DNA from: Podarcis vaucheri
Taxonomy: Eukaryota
Assembly: GCA_965113315.1 (NCBI GenBank)
Contig: OZ220374.1
Reading direction: 5' to 3' (one strand)
Length of the DNA stretch: 64,000 nt
Part shown: one piece after another, positions 49,208 through 63,632 of the stretch
How positions within the stretch are numbered: position 1 is the first letter of the stretch
Layout of the letters: each line of letters opens with the position of its first letter
Translations under genes and position numbers: made by a program
Notes under the pieces: generated by a model
Databases searched by the model: none
What the model was told of the DNA's origin: nothing
Seen by the model: only the letters and a program-made list of their open reading frames with translations

Positions 49208-50499
49208 GAGGTTTTCATGGACACTAATATGCTACTGAAGTTATTCAGTATGACTTCACAATTCAAAGCACAAAAAACGTAGATGGTCCCGTAACTGTTT
49301 AGACCAAACGTATCCTCACAGACCACAGAAGGCCGCAAGCCTATCCACAGACAGACACACAGCCATTCACTGTCACAACTGCTTCCGTTTATTGAAATGG
49401 ACGCTAGCAAATTCTGAGCGTGCCTGATAAGGAGAAAACCTGGAGATTTCTAAGAGCAGCTGTGGTAGCATGTCCCCATAGCAACAAGCTGCGGAAATTA
49501 AGCTTCTAGCCAAGACCCAATTAAAACACACACAACTGAGGAGGCCGCACCCTCGGAGGGGAAAGGCCTCAAAGTAACAAGGGAATAAATAAATAAAAAC
49601 CAAAGTAACTGGTGGGGGAAACCCGTCCAGGGTGTGTCCCTTTCAAGGCACCCAGCCTCAAAACACTGGTAACGGAAAGAAATAATTGTACACGGGTTAT
49701 AGGCCTAGTAGGCCTTTCCATTTGTGCAATCTGAAGGTTTGAGGCCTAGGGCTTGCTCTCAGGATCCTTGCCCTTCTTGACTGGCAGTAATGGACTTGCC
49801 ACCCCAAACCTCATAGGTACTGAATGCTTTACCGATGGGAAGGGGAAGTTCACACCGTCTCGAAAAAAAGGCAGTTCTAAGGCCTTTACTGAAAAAATCA
49901 AATTTGCACTTCCAACTATCCTTGATAATTATCACACAGTATCTAATGCATCATTTCAATTTAATTTATTTTTTTTAGTAGGATGATAAGAGTAGTAAAT
50001 GGCCTTAAGGAGCGCCGGAGGAAACAGATGATTTAGGTCTGTTTCCAATCTGGCTTTTATTTATTTATAAAAGCATTGATATACCCCCATCTCATGTAAA
50101 ACACCAAAGCGGTATGCAACAATGTATACAAATGAAACAAAACATAAGCGTACCACGAAAAATATACAAAACAATCATTAAAATGACTGCCTAATTCGCA
50201 GAAAATTTAAACTGAATAGGCCAGCTAGTATAAAGGGTCTTCAAGAAATGCCTGGGAGTTAATCTGAATCTCTTCTCGAAAAGTATTCTGTCTCCACACA
50301 AGATCGCCCTGGTGGATTATTTACACTGGGGAATGGATAAGGAGATTGAGACCTATTGATTCTCATGGACCTCTCAGCGGCTTACAGTACCATTAACCAT
50401 GGTTTTCTTCTGGGATGTCTTGCTAGATTGGGTCTGGAGAGACTCAGGTTTTTTCCTGGCTTTTGAGCTTTGGTTTATACAGTTGCCCCAAAGTTCTAT

Positions 50500-50780
50500 T
50501 CTATTCCCATTTGAAAAACAACAACAGGAAACTGCTGGCGGATGAGGAATCATCCAGAGATTTGGGTTACTGACATCGGCAGGCAGATGACACACAACTC
50601 TATCTCACATTTCCATCTGCTTATTTCAAGGAAGCGGTGGAAATCTTGCACAAGTGTCTGGAGGCAGTTCGATACAAATGAAAGTGAACAAACTAAAATG
50701 AAATCCAAACAAGATGGAGGTGTGAAGACCACCTAATCTGGATGAAGAGATTCAACAGGTTATTATTGCAGGGTCTGGTT
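50500..50780 (+). mobile_element. Degenerate L2-type reverse transcriptase fragment
   Basis: gcagatgacacacaactctatctc = ADDTQLYL (RT yADD motif), followed by NKLK..NP.K-like segment. Ends approximate. Confidence 0.55.
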
Positions 50781-51679
50781 TGGCTCATTTTGGAGAGGCA
50801 GTCCTTGAGGTACTGTGATCCTGCGCTAAGACTTTATAAATGAAAACCTCTTGATTAACACATGCCATCCACTTTAAATTATCCAAAGCTTGCATAGAAA
50901 GCTTCAGAAGGGAATAAGAGCTAGGGAGGTCGTCTTCTAGGGAACTATTTCTTACTATAGTCTTGTTTGCACATAACACTAATTAAACCATGAGTGTTTA
51001 GACGACAAGTCTCTGGCTCATGTGCTTTCCCCTTTCCCTCTGTGGAGCTTTGGACTAACTATACCGTTACCATACGTCTGGGAAATTCCAGACATGTCCT
51101 CTTTTGAGGGGGCCAAAATGCCCATATGGGGGTAGGTTTAAATTTTAAAGGAAATGTCTGAGGTTTTTTGGGAGTGAGGAAAGAGGCTTGGACCGTCCTC
51201 GCCCCCCCCCTTCAAGATATGGCAACCCTAACTAACTATAGCTTGCTTGCTGTGATGTCTGAACTCAGACAAACTTCGGTTAGTGCAAACTACAGTTTAC
51301 TAAAACAAGGCGACTTCAAATTATAACTGTAAAAAAAAAGCTAAGATTAACCACAGGTTACAGTTAAAACACACCACTGAACTGTGGTTAGTTAAAAATA
51401 GAAGTTTTTGGTCTCTCTTGGTCACACAAGAGAAGAGGAAGTCGGGCCTGGAGGGTTATGAGCTTGAGGTTTGCTGCAGCTTGTCTTTGATTTACACCAT
51501 GATTTAGCCTTACATGTGAATACATCATGAATTCATGGAATGATGGCGTATTCTTCCCTAAAGCAATCAGTGAATTGGCAGAAATGCCACACCTTTAACA
51601 TATGAATTGGACTCTCAACCCAGAACGCCTATTATCTGCCAAAGGTACAATTCTCTTCCAGCAGAGTCTGCAATATGTA

Positions 51680-52197
51680 CCGTATTTTTCGCTCTATTGG
51701 ACTCCCATAGGAGGGAGAGAACAGGGGGGGGGGGATTTCTTGTTCTCCCCCTCTAAAACAAGGTGCGTTCTGTGCGTTCAAGGTGCGTTCACCTGAAGCC
51801 TTCTACATGTGAGGAAACAGCTATCCCAATTACCTCAGAGCAACCATGTATTCGCAAGAGTGCACAAAGTTTCCCTAACTGGTTCTCTCAGGAATGACAA
51901 TAGCAGGCATATGGAACAATTTCTAGGTAAAACACTTTGAATAAGTAATGAAACTGCTGCCCAGCTCAAATTCCTCCTGTGCTAAACTACCCCCCAAAAT
52001 GTGCAGCCCACTGCAAGGCTCTGGAGGCTTTGGGTTCCTTTCGATATGCTCTTTGGGGCTGGCGGGGGGGGGGTGCGCACAGACCCTTCTCACTCTCCAG
52101 GCTTCAGCGAAAGCCTGCATTCGCTCCATAGGACGCACAAACATTTCCCCTTCATTTTTGGAGGGGGAAAATGCGTCCTATACAGCGAAAAATACGG
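51680..52197. mobile_element. Tc2-like (Tc1/mariner superfamily) MITE termini
   Basis: TA|CCGTATTTTTCGCTCTATTGGAC ... GTCCTATACAGCGAAAAATACGG|TA; unclear whether one element or two partial ones. Confidence 0.65.
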
Positions 52198-53585
52198 TAT
52201 TTTAAAGGAATAGGAATGTAGCATAGATGTTCCTCTGTGATCTAGGAAAACCAAGTAACCTAACTGAGAAATGAGAATCCATTCATTTAATAATGGGCAC
52301 AACCATAGTGTGTCTAGCAAAGGGAAAATCCTTTCCTTCCACTTCATATTCTTTAAAGTCAATAAAAGAGTGGTGACCGTGACATAGAAGAATGCATTCA
52401 ACAAACTGTTTCCCCTTTCTTCATTTTGTTGCAACAGTTTATTTCAGCAAAAGATAAGACACAGTTTTTCTACTGTTTTGAGAATGACTTTAGTCTTGGT
52501 AAGACACATAAAAACTGAGCAGAGTCATCTTTAAAAGTAAAGTAATTTCCATTGGTTTTGAAAATCCCCACAATAATACCTATGTTACTCAAAGAGGCCA
52601 GACTGGTGCCACTGTATATTGGAAATAGCCCTTAGGGTCATGTTTTCAGCACTTTATTTTAAAACCACAAATGCTAAGATGTGCCTTTAATTTGCTGAAA
52701 TGAAACCTTAAATCCAAACAATATCACTTTCAGCAAGGTGATGTGAAAGCATCTATCAGTTTTGCAGGCAACAAGTGTTCTTCAACAAACCTGGATGGTT
52801 ATTAACTTTTTAAAACAGTTTAAAATGTATCATTTCTTTCCTGTCTATTAAATATTTTTGTACATGTCCACCTTGCTTTCTATTTCACCACCATGTCTTA
52901 AAATATACCCAGAGTTCTTCCACATTCTTTTTTTACAGTGAACTGTAGGACACCTTGAGCCCTGGTTTAGAAGAGGCATCTAACAAAGTTACTAAACAAA
53001 ATGTAATAGTTCTATAAATAAATAAATCATCCCCTTTATTACAGATAAAACATAGATTCACTCTGAGGATTGATTTACACTTCAGGTAGCAAGCCTAAGT
53101 GTAGAGCTATTAAAGCGTATAAAGGGAAATGCATGTTACCAGATGTACACAAGACACACAATAAGAGCCTCAACTAAATCATATTAACATCCATTTTCAC
53201 TAGCATTTAATAAAGAGGAGGGATTGCTTCTGAGTAATGGATGCCTTAACAAGGAAAAGAACTACTGCGGTTTTTCCTGGCAGCTTCTAGCTGTATGGCT
53301 GGGCCCTATACAGGCCATTTACTTGCAGTTTGATAATTAAGGAGAAGCATTATTAGCCCCTCTCCTCCCTTTTAAATGCTCAATTTGGGTTTACTGTAAA
53401 TGTTTCATGTGTTCTGTTAAAACAGACTTTCTACAAGATTTTATGCTTGAAATGCTATCCTATGAAAAAAGTCCACTTAAAATGTCCCAACATCTATCCT
53501 ACATTTCGATAAGAGTCCTCTTGCATTATGAGGTAACCTTTATTTCCTTAGTTGTTACATTGCTTTTGTTTTTAATTTCAAAGTA

Positions 53586-53739
53586 CTGTATTTTTCCGTG
53601 TATAAGACTAGGGTTTTTTTTTTACCAAAAAATTAGGTTTAAAATTGGGGCTCGTCTTATACACGGGTAGTGCTGAGGGGTGTTTTCTTATTTTGGAGTC
53701 CCCAAAAATAGGGGGTGTCTTATACACGGAAAAATATGG
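53586..53739. mobile_element. Tc2-like MITE
   Basis: TA|CTGTATTTTTCCGTGTATAAGAC ... GTCTTATACACGGAAAAATATGG|TA. Confidence 0.8.
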
Positions 53740-54722
53740 TATACCAGAACCTGTTGTAAGATGCCTTGAGTCTTGTTTTAAAAAAAGGTTATATAAGAAA
53801 TTTAATACACAAACCAAACATTTCTGCAGTAAAACCTGGTGTTTACTACCTATAACTTGGTCCAGTTCTAGCTCTTTGGGTCAACATTTAAAGCATTCAA
53901 ATTTAAAGCATATGATGCCTCCTCCTAATTTAAGAGCCAAAGTAATCTCATTTCTCCCCCCCCCCCATTGCACTTGTTCTCTGTGGTTGAAACCAGTTAA
54001 CACAGTATACTGAAGTCCTGCTTCACTGAAAAGGCCATAATAATTTTAGTTCGAATTAACAAGAAATAGAGCTAGCACAGTGAACTACTTTAATCCAAAA
54101 TGAATTCACACTGCTGCAAAGGCAAGGAAGAGTGGCTGCAATTAGCTCTCTCCTTGCTAGGAACATGTGATGAAGGAAGAGGTCTCTATGTACCTCTGCT
54201 TGTATGAATTCCTGAAAAATTGAAGCCAATCAGAGGTGGGTTTGAATGCACACATTCTCCATTAAGAGAATGACAATTGGCCCTTCCTTTTAACAAAGTC
54301 CCAGTGAAAGCAATGAAACTTGTATCCAACTTTCAAGTGGATGCTTACCTGACAGAAAACAAAACAAAATCAAAATTTTGTTTTTTACAGAGTAAAGAGG
54401 GACCTGACTGAGTTCCTTCAGTCCAACTTTTAAAATGAGCCTTAATTTCTTGCTTGAATAACAGCTCATTCATTACTGGCCTTTGTGCACCCATTTTTGC
54501 TGAAGATTATCATCACAGGTATTTCCACCTTCAACTCAGCTCAGAGCATGGCTTTAGATTTTATTCATTGCCATGCCTTAGCTGGGGAGGGTGGGGTATA
54601 GATAAAAAATATTATTATTATTTACTTCATTTCAGTGGTTCGTGGTATATGTTCCTTCAAGAATTCAAAGGGTAGGAAGGCTCCCCGTCCCCACATTTTC
54701 ATTTCATATACAGTTTCATATA

Positions 54723-54957
54723 CAGTTGTATCCTGATACTCGTACGTTTTGCCTTCCGAATGCCGCAAACCCGGAAGTGAGTGTTCCAGTTTGCAAACTT
54801 TCTTTGGAACCCAAACATCCGACGCTGCTTCCACGGCTTCCAATTGAGTGCAGGAAGCTCCTGCAGCCAATCGGAAGCCGCGCCTTGGTTTTCGAATGTT
54901 TTCGGAAATTGAACGGACTTCCGGAACAGATTCCATTTGAGAACCAATGTATGACTG
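54723..54957. mobile_element. Tc1/mariner (Tigger-like) MITE
   Basis: TA|CAGTTGTATC...GTATGACTG|TA; CpG-rich interior. Confidence 0.7.
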
Positions 54958-55154
54958 TATGCTTATTCTTTACCCTGTGTGTTTCTAGAACTAATGAAAC
55001 AGCAAATTAAGAAAAGAAGGCATGGACATTACAACTATAGTAGCAGCATTATTCAGCAATTCAGCTTACTCAAGAGCCTGGTTAAAGAGCCAAAAGTTTT
55101 CTGGGGTGCTTACGGCCATCTTACTTTAGTTTCTATTTCAGAAGTATGACTTAC

Positions 55155-55209
55155 CAGCTGAAGGATGTCTTCATCTTTTGGCATCACACTAAGTTCTAGC
55201 ATGCTGTCA
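55155..55209 (-). CDS. ARHGAP21: ARHGAP21 PDZ C-terminal exon (DSMLELSVMPKDEDILQL)
   Basis: ctctctcacag|T GAC ... CTG|gtaagt; 55 nt, phase 2/0. Confidence 0.93.
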
Positions 55210-56838
55210 CTGTGAGAGAGGAGGAAACATATTGGTATATTAATAAAAAATAAAATACTGCACTATTGATAGGAAATTTAATTGCTGGCTAACATATAAA
55301 GAGATACATTGATTATCTCAGTAGTCACTCTTTCTCAACAACCAGCACTGAATATAATGCTCGCTTTCCTCTTTACTCCCATGGATTGTTGTTCTCCATG
55401 AAATTATGCCTCAAATTCATGACTGCTTCCCTTTAAGAAAATTAAAATTTTCTATGCAGGAAAAAACACACGTCAGTTGCCACTTATAATGTGCGGCACA
55501 GGTGTTTTTAGAATCAAAAGCACACAGATCAAGTAGCTGATATGCACAGAGCCTGTCTTATTCATGTACTCACTATGAGAAAATACACTTGCACCCCTAA
55601 CAATACGGACACTTTTATCCTACATAGAGATTGATTATCCATGTAGATTATTTTTTACATATGGGGCAAGGAGCTAACATTGGTTCTCCAGATGTTGCTG
55701 GTATGGCTGCAAGGAGGAAACTGGGAACTTTTGCTTCCAATTTTGGTTAACCACAGTTTAGTGTGCCATCTGAATCCAAAATATGATTAATGTCAACTAA
55801 GGTTCCAGTTAAACAAGCTGTTTTCATAATCTATGGTTTGAAGTTGGCATGTTTTATAATCCATAGTTTGTCCAGATTCAGATATCATGATAAACTGTGG
55901 TTAACAGAAAATGGAAGCAAAAACTTCCAAACTGCTCTTCATCAGTGGTTGTGGGGAAGCGTACAAGCCCAAGGCTTGCTGCAGCTTGTTCTTATCCCAC
56001 TGGTTTAGTGTGATGTTCAGACACAGCCCCTGTGTATGTCAGGTACAGATATTTATCAGCAAAACATTCTCAGAAACAAATACAGTATTAGATTCAATTT
56101 CCCATCACCACCAAAAAGCTGCTAATAAAATAACTTTTCCTAAATAATTGTTAAACATTCTAAACTGCTCATGGAATAATACCATCAATGTCAAGCCTTT
56201 ATGGAAATGTTATAAGCCATTTTCTTAACAAGCTTTATCTTCCTGCAGTATGGTCATATGAAATGTCACCCACAGAATGTATATGAAAGATTGAACATAA
56301 TATGAGGTGCAGTCCTATGAATTAATTGCTTTTACTTTTACATCTGCTGCTCAGTCAAAGTTGGCTCAGTATCAAAAGAATAAAAAACTTCACAATGACA
56401 TTATCCACAGCACATCCCTACACTTTCAATGGGTTGTATTCCAATTGGTGTCCCTCTGCTGATGGAAGGTGTTTCATCTCAGAAAGCTTTGGTCAGTAGA
56501 ACACGGATTGTGGTGAACTTCTGAGAGTCTCCCTCTTCCATGCAGTTTCTGTGCCACCTCCCACAATGTGCCACTTAAGTTTTGGGGGTGCAGGAGCTAC
56601 AAGGGGATGGAAAATCATCAGAGATCACCTCAATCTTTGTGCAGCTGATGGAAGGCCCTGCTGGTTCTATCAAAGGCTGGCCAATCCTACATTGCGGAAT
56701 GAGTTGAACTGGATTTCTTTTACTCATTCTATGATTCTGATTATCTTGGTAAAAACAGACAAACCACGCACCAATCACCTTTCTCAAAACAAACTACATG
56801 GAATTTAAAATTATGCAGATTACAGACACCCATACTTA

Positions 56839-57000
<162 letters not shown>

Positions 57001-57661
57001 TCAAGTATTACAAAGAAAAACAAAGCAGAAATATTTCAGATGTGTGACTTACAAATAATCCCGAAGAATGAAATCCAGAAGTTTAATTAGGAACTTCATG
57101 CATTCATAAGCCCTGCTTTACATGTAATAAGAGGAGCAGGGAAAGCACAAATGACACTCTTTCCATCTTTTTCTAATAATATGTGAACCATTTATGACTT
57201 TCTAAACCCTATGGGCTGGAGCCAAACTTATCTTTGGAAGGGACTGAGATTCAGCAGAGGTTCCCACTGGAGGAGTGATTCTTACTGATTTCCTGTGCCC
57301 CCTGCAGACCACAGTGTCACCTCCCACACTGGCCCCTCGTGCTCTGGAGCATCTTTACAGGGGACTGCAGAAAGGATCAGCAAAAACCACACCATCCTAC
57401 TGCCTTCAGCAGAGCATCCCATGGATGGAGTCCCACCCACAGGTAATCAGGTCTGGATTCAGCACATAACATCTTCCTTCCATAATGACAACCGAATCCC
57501 AAACCTTTCAGTGATAGCTGAATGGGTTGAAACTCCCAACTAATTAAAAATTTTGTTTCCTTACATAGACACACACTCTGACAACTTCCTTGGAAGTTGG
57601 AACACTCATGACATCACACCAGCCCAGCCAATCAGATATGTCTAGGTAAGGTAACGGTTAC

Positions 57662-57754
57662 CTGTGCATAATCCCGCTTCAAAAGCAGGCCCTCCTTCTT
57701 TAACCTGCTTAACAAATATGGTGTCCATCGGCTCCAATCTGTTTCGTGGCTTCC
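57662..57754 (-). CDS. ARHGAP21: ARHGAP21 PDZ exon ([31 protein letters not shown]); most 5' exon found in window
   Basis: ttttcttttag|GG AAG ... ACA G|gtaacc; 93 nt, phase 1/1. Confidence 0.95.
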
Positions 57755-59499
57755 CTAAAAGAAAATTAGAAATACAGTCATTACGAGAGATTGGAAAGAT
57801 TAATTATACCTCATTCTTCTTTATATTAAATAATAGGATTCAAATGATTTTAATTCATCTGACAATCAGAGAATTAGCATCTGCTCTGTTTAAAGCAAGA
57901 GAACATGACACATTTTACAGATACATGGAAAATATTTGAGCCGTCTTTGTAAAAACCATTAGTAGAGCTAGGGCTCCCCCCCCCCCCGCCAGAACTCAGG
58001 AGGGTGCCACTGCCATTATAAGAAAGCGAGGGAGGTGAGTTTGGGCACTTCTTTTTCTAGAAAAATAGCTCTGGGAATAGCTGTAGGCACAAGAAACTTT
58101 ATTTTTCACAACTGTATTGTGTGTACTATCTTTCATCGCCATTCATACCTCATCTATTCTAATGGGATCTCGTGACTATACATAGTGAAATCATATTTAC
58201 AAACATAATAGCCAATATTCCGAAAACTGCCAAAACTTTGCAGACTCAAGAGCCAATGATATCAAGAGCCAATTACATTGGGATGTTTATATGTAATATT
58301 TCTGGCAAAACTAATTTGAAGAGGTTCAAAATCTTTGCACATTAAAGCTCACAGGGCCAATGTGGAAAAAGTGTCCATAAGACCATAAGAATCAGGCCAA
58401 AGGTCCATCTGTTCCAGTATCCTGTTGCTACAGTGGCCACCCAAGAAACGTTTTGAAAAATACATTGAATTTGGCATAGCTCACTGTCACCATCTAATGC
58501 CACATTTGTATACTGCACTTTACAACACATTTAAAACGTTTTCTTTGCAGCTGTATAGCTGAGTCCTCTGCCTCAAACTCACTATGCTGCCTTTCCTCCC
58601 AACTCCTCATCTACAACATGGAGATAATGATACTGGCCTGTCTTTCAGTGCTGCTGTAAATTTTCCTGACACATGAGAAATGCTTTGAACACTATGAAAG
58701 TGATATAGAAATGGTAAGTATTATTTAATATTACTGAAGTACACCAGGCTGAGTTTATTCATTAATATTTTCTATGAAAATGTTAACATTTTCTGATGGA
58801 ACCTGCTGAACAGCAAGATGAATTCCAAAATTATATCAAAGCCTGCTGTTTATCTTCCTTGCACTTAAAAAAACCACACCAACCAAAACCACTAAGAAAG
58901 AACAATGCACAATAGAACAACAGAATGGAATGGCAAGGTAGATCTTTTGAGGTGTTCTATGGGAGAAATAAGAGTAAATAAAAAGCTACAGTATCCACGT
59001 AGTCTGGGGAAGCTGACCCAAGTGAATATGATTAAGAAAGTAAGAGTCCAGCTAGATCAGACTATCCTGCTCTCTAGAACAGTCCACCAGTTGCTTCCAG
59101 GAAGCTTAGAAGCAGGATGAAGACCTCCTCCCGGGGTTGTTCACCAGCAACTGGAATTCAGTGGCAAATGGTCTCTGAGCCTGATATCATGGCTAATCAT
59201 CATTGTGACTGAGCTATCCTTATGAATTTGTCTAGTCACTTCAAAAGCCACCTAAGCTAGTCAACACCCATCATAACATGGGCAGTCAATCAAATAACTT
59301 AATTATGTCTTGCATGAAGCGCTTTCTCCTACCAGTCCTAACTACGTCAATCAATTTCATGACTCCAAGTTAAAGAATTATGAGCTGGGTTATAAAACTT
59401 ATTTGTATCCACTTTCTCCACACCCTGTTCTAAGAAGTGATATACCAGTGGGAAACTATGAAGATCATCTCAGGTGGTGAAGTACCCAACTAGCAAATA

Positions 59500-59824
59500 C
59501 AGTGGTGCCCTGCAAGACGAATGCCTCGCAAGACGGAAAACTCGCTAGACGAAAGAGTTTTCCATTTTGGAGGTGCTACGCAAAACAAATTTCCTATGGG
59601 CTTGCTTCGCAAGACGACAATGTCTTGCGAGTTCCTGCGGGGTTTTTTCCTCCCCCCCTTTTTTCTAAGCCGCTAAGCCGCTTATCAGCTGATCCGATCA
59701 GCAGATAAGCCGCTAAAAGCCGCTAATCCGCTAATCCTTCAATGGGCTTGCTTCGCAAGATGAAAAAACCGCTAGACGAAGAGAATCACAGAACGGATTC
59801 TTTTCGTCTTGCGAGGCACCACTG
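59500..59824. mobile_element. Family A MITE
   Basis: TA|CAGTGGTGCCCTGCAAGACG...CGTCTTGCGAGGCACCACTG|TA. Confidence 0.9.
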
Positions 59825-62800
59825 TATAAGAGTTTAACAACTGCTTGTTAGAAGGGATTTTCTGTTGTTGTGAATGTCAATGCTTCTGGATATTGTTTTT
59901 GAGCACAGGATATGAAGAGCAGAACAAGGAACAACAATGTAACTAGAGGAATTAACCCAAGAGAAGGATCTGGAGAAGTTTAAATATCGGTAATTCAGAC
60001 TTGTTTATTTACAACCAAGCTTATGCAAGATACATAGTAGCATCTGCAAAGGTTTGAAATAATGACCTCTTTTCCTAAAGAGCCATGCAATAATGCTCAG
60101 TTAATAAGACCGTGTTGGCTTAACATTCTGGAAATTTCCTTTTTCAGTGGACTTCATTAAAAAAAGATGCACTTTCATTTATAAAGCAAACACATAATTC
60201 AAGCAATGGGTAGGGTCCTCCACTACACTTGAGGACAGTAGGGTGGTTATGGAGAGGGCGAGCAAGCACCATGGCCCACGCAGCTTTGCAACAGAAGGGT
60301 ATGGCCAAGGGGCTCCGGAGGAATAGCTGAGGAGCTGCTGTCACTGTCCCCCGTGTCTGCTGCCTGAGAGAAGAATCTTCACTTTGCACAGGTAGCACCA
60401 GCACTGAAAGGAAGTCATTAATGCAACTGAGACAGCAGAAATCTCTCTGATTAGTTACCATTACTGAAAGAGAAAAGCATCAACAAGAATAACTTTTCTG
60501 CCAAATGTTCGATGAAGGAGTATCTGCTCTACTGGGTCTACTGACTTCCATCAATTGTTATGTCCTTCAATCTAGAAAGCCGGGGGCCAGTATTCCACAA
60601 AGCTTACATCTAACAGCTTAACTGTTATTTATGAAAAAGAAATAGGGAGAGAAAACAGAAGCGCATCCCTGGTCCCAGTCCTTGAATGACTCTGATTTGG
60701 TACTTTATTCAACAGATCTCCCTCCCTCTCTGTGTTTGTGTGTGTTTGTGTGTTTGCGTGTGTAATTATAGCTATGAAGTAATAGGGTGGAAAGCATGCA
60801 GAAAATGAAAATGATTCCAGACTGTTTAGAAAGACCTCAACATGAAAGACTTTTACTGCAAAGGAAGGGAGGCAGTGATGACATTTCTGAAACTCCACAT
60901 TATGATATTTGTTTTCAACTAATTGCACACCACCCTGGAATCTATTTTGATGCAGGGTGGTTTAGACATTCCATAAAGAAATAAATGAACGCTTGCAGGG
61001 TATGGTATATAAACAAGTCAAAAAGTCCCACGTGCATCAAGTTAAGAGTTATAGCAACCTGTGTCAGTTCCAGATTTGGGGGCACTGGAAAACATGTTTG
61101 CGGTTGGACCTCTTCCTTGACGTTACTGTTGCCTGTTTGCTTGTCTTCCCCTCTCTGGGAAAAAAGCCACATAGCTACCCAGAGGCAGGTACCACAGCTG
61201 CTATGTCATATTGTGCCATACACTAATTTGTTGCAAATGCAGAACCATCAAGAGGGCAAGAAGAGTGGAAACCGATGCGCCTTCTCACTTTGCTCTTGTC
61301 ATCGCTTGCAGGTGAATAAGCAGCAACAGCAAGATGGAAGTGGTCGCCTGGGGTCCCTGGAAGATCCACAGTGGGCCCCTTAGGTGGGTGTGCCTTCCAA
61401 TGTGTTCAACCATTCTTAACATTATGACTCCTTCCCCAGTGGTATCTTCATAGATACCCCCAAATCTGTCAGGTGAGAAGGCCCCGTATGTGATGCCAGA
61501 AAGCAACCACCTCTTTGTTAACTATGTCTATATTGTACTTTTATAGTGTTAATTTTTGAAATGGTAATGCATATCAATGATATGATGTCTGTCTCTTTCT
61601 CTCTTTTCCCCTTCAAGTATTTCTGGAACAACGACTTCAGGTGGGAAAATTCTAAATGAATAAAATGAGCAGAATATGCCAGAGGGGAGCAGCTTCTGCC
61701 TTTCATATGACATGATACTAGCCCGAGTTCCTCCTATCTCGTATATCTGAAATAAATAGGCATTCAGCCTATGGTTTTACTGGAAATATACACTGTTACA
61801 CCAGCTAAAGATTAGTAAGTGGACATAAAAGAGACTTAATCCTAGTCTGGACAGAATAAAAAAAATAGTATGTACAAGCCTTTCATACAAACTCTAGGGC
61901 ATCTACAATATTGTATACCCAGGTGCCTCATTGTGCAGAAAAAAATTGCAATTAGACAGTTAATTTAATGGTTTGCTCTTCAAGAAAATGGAGCAGCTCC
62001 AATGTATTCTGTAAAAAACACACAGATTGACTAGAGAAGCAGCAAAGATGAGACTTAGCAGTTCACATGGCATGAGTAGTGTTCACCAATAGAGGGGAAA
62101 AGAGGAAATTGAAATGATGGTAGTTGCTATGGATACCGCCACACAAAAATCAGAAGGCAAATTGGAAGGAACAAGAGTATCAGAACACTGAGCGATAAGT
62201 GCCAAAAATATCTTGCGGGGATTATCTACAGTTAGCACACTACTAGGTAAGATGAATCTCTTCTACTTAAGTGGAAAAACTATGTATTTCTTAGGTTCTC
62301 AAAATGATTAAGCCACAGCAACTTGTACACGAACCATTTATCTGTTAAGACGAGAGCAAAAGTATAACTCAGTTCATCATAAATATATGAAATGTATCCA
62401 TCTCTGAGAATTTGAAGTTTATTTTAACACATTATTACTAGCCTTCATTATGATTAAAATGTGTGATCTAATGGATCTGCCTTCTTAAATTTTAGATAAA
62501 ACCCCCACAATTGATTCACTCCTTAATGTCATAAAAGAGGATGCTTCATCTAACCTATGCAACTTAATACCTAGCTACAAAGTTTACAACAATCCCATAA
62601 AAGCATTTTTAAAATAATGTACTAAAAATTAACGGATAATAATTTGAAATGGAATGAAACCATTATCATATACCTTGTACAATTTTGTGATATGTTAAAT
62701 CTTTGAGGAAGGTTTTATTCAGTCATTTTTCTCCCCCCCCCCAAAAAAATATACATAACTATTTGCTTCCCCATTGACTTAAATGTCATTCAGGGTAAGC

Positions 62801-63489
62801 GCAGCCCTCAGTTATTCCAGGCACAGCTTGAATTCAGGAGAGCTGCATTTGTACATTACTTCAACAACTAAAATGAAATAGATCATCAAAGCCTCTAGCT
62901 GTGTTTCCTTACCACATGTGTGCTTTCCCACCAGTCATATTAAATTGTTACTATAGTTGTTCTGACATACATACATTTAAGAAAAGAAAAGAAAAACTGA
63001 CCCGCCTTAAGCAGCGACTGCTTCTTTGCAGACAGGCAGGAAATTAAATATCAGAACTAATGCCTTCAAAATACTGATTCCACATTATTAAATTTCTTTC
63101 AATAAAACAACTGCCAAGACAGTGACATCAGGACCATCAGATAAAATCTTCCGACTGACGTTAACTGTGAGAGGTTTCAGATCAACACAGCAGTGAAATT
63201 ATTACAGGAAAGCAGGTAAAGATTAAAATTATTACAGGAAAGCAGTGCTATGTGGACAAAGCCGGTTTTACAAAATGCCCTGAAATGGCAGCACTAGAGC
63301 CAAGGATCTCTTTGTTCAGCATTGTGCCCTTTAGCCACAGAGCAGCAGAGGCCAACTTAATAATCTCTTTTACCTCTGACTCAGGAAAGGTGAGGGAATG
63401 TCTAGAATCGATAACTGAATGGATGAGGACCAATAAAAAGTGGAACCCAACACAAATAAGTCTGTATTGGGAAGAGTGCTTTTAAGCCT

Positions 63490-63632
63490 AGATAGCTCAG
63501 CTGGTCAGAGAGTGGTGCTGATGATCACGCCAGGGCTACAGGTTCGATCCTGGTATGGGAAAGCTGCATATTTCTGCACTGCAGGTGGTTGGACTAGATG
63601 CTCCCCCTGTTCCCTTCCAACTCTGTGATTCT
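63490..63632 (+). mobile_element. tRNA-headed SINE with CR1-like tail, among L2/CR1 RT remnants
   Basis: TAGCTCAGCTGG (A box), GGTTCGATCC (B box), GGTTGGACTAGATG..TTCCAACTCTGTGATTCTA tail; flanking ORFs CLESITEWMRTNK and RLGKWAAKWLM resemble LINE RT segments. Confidence 0.75.
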
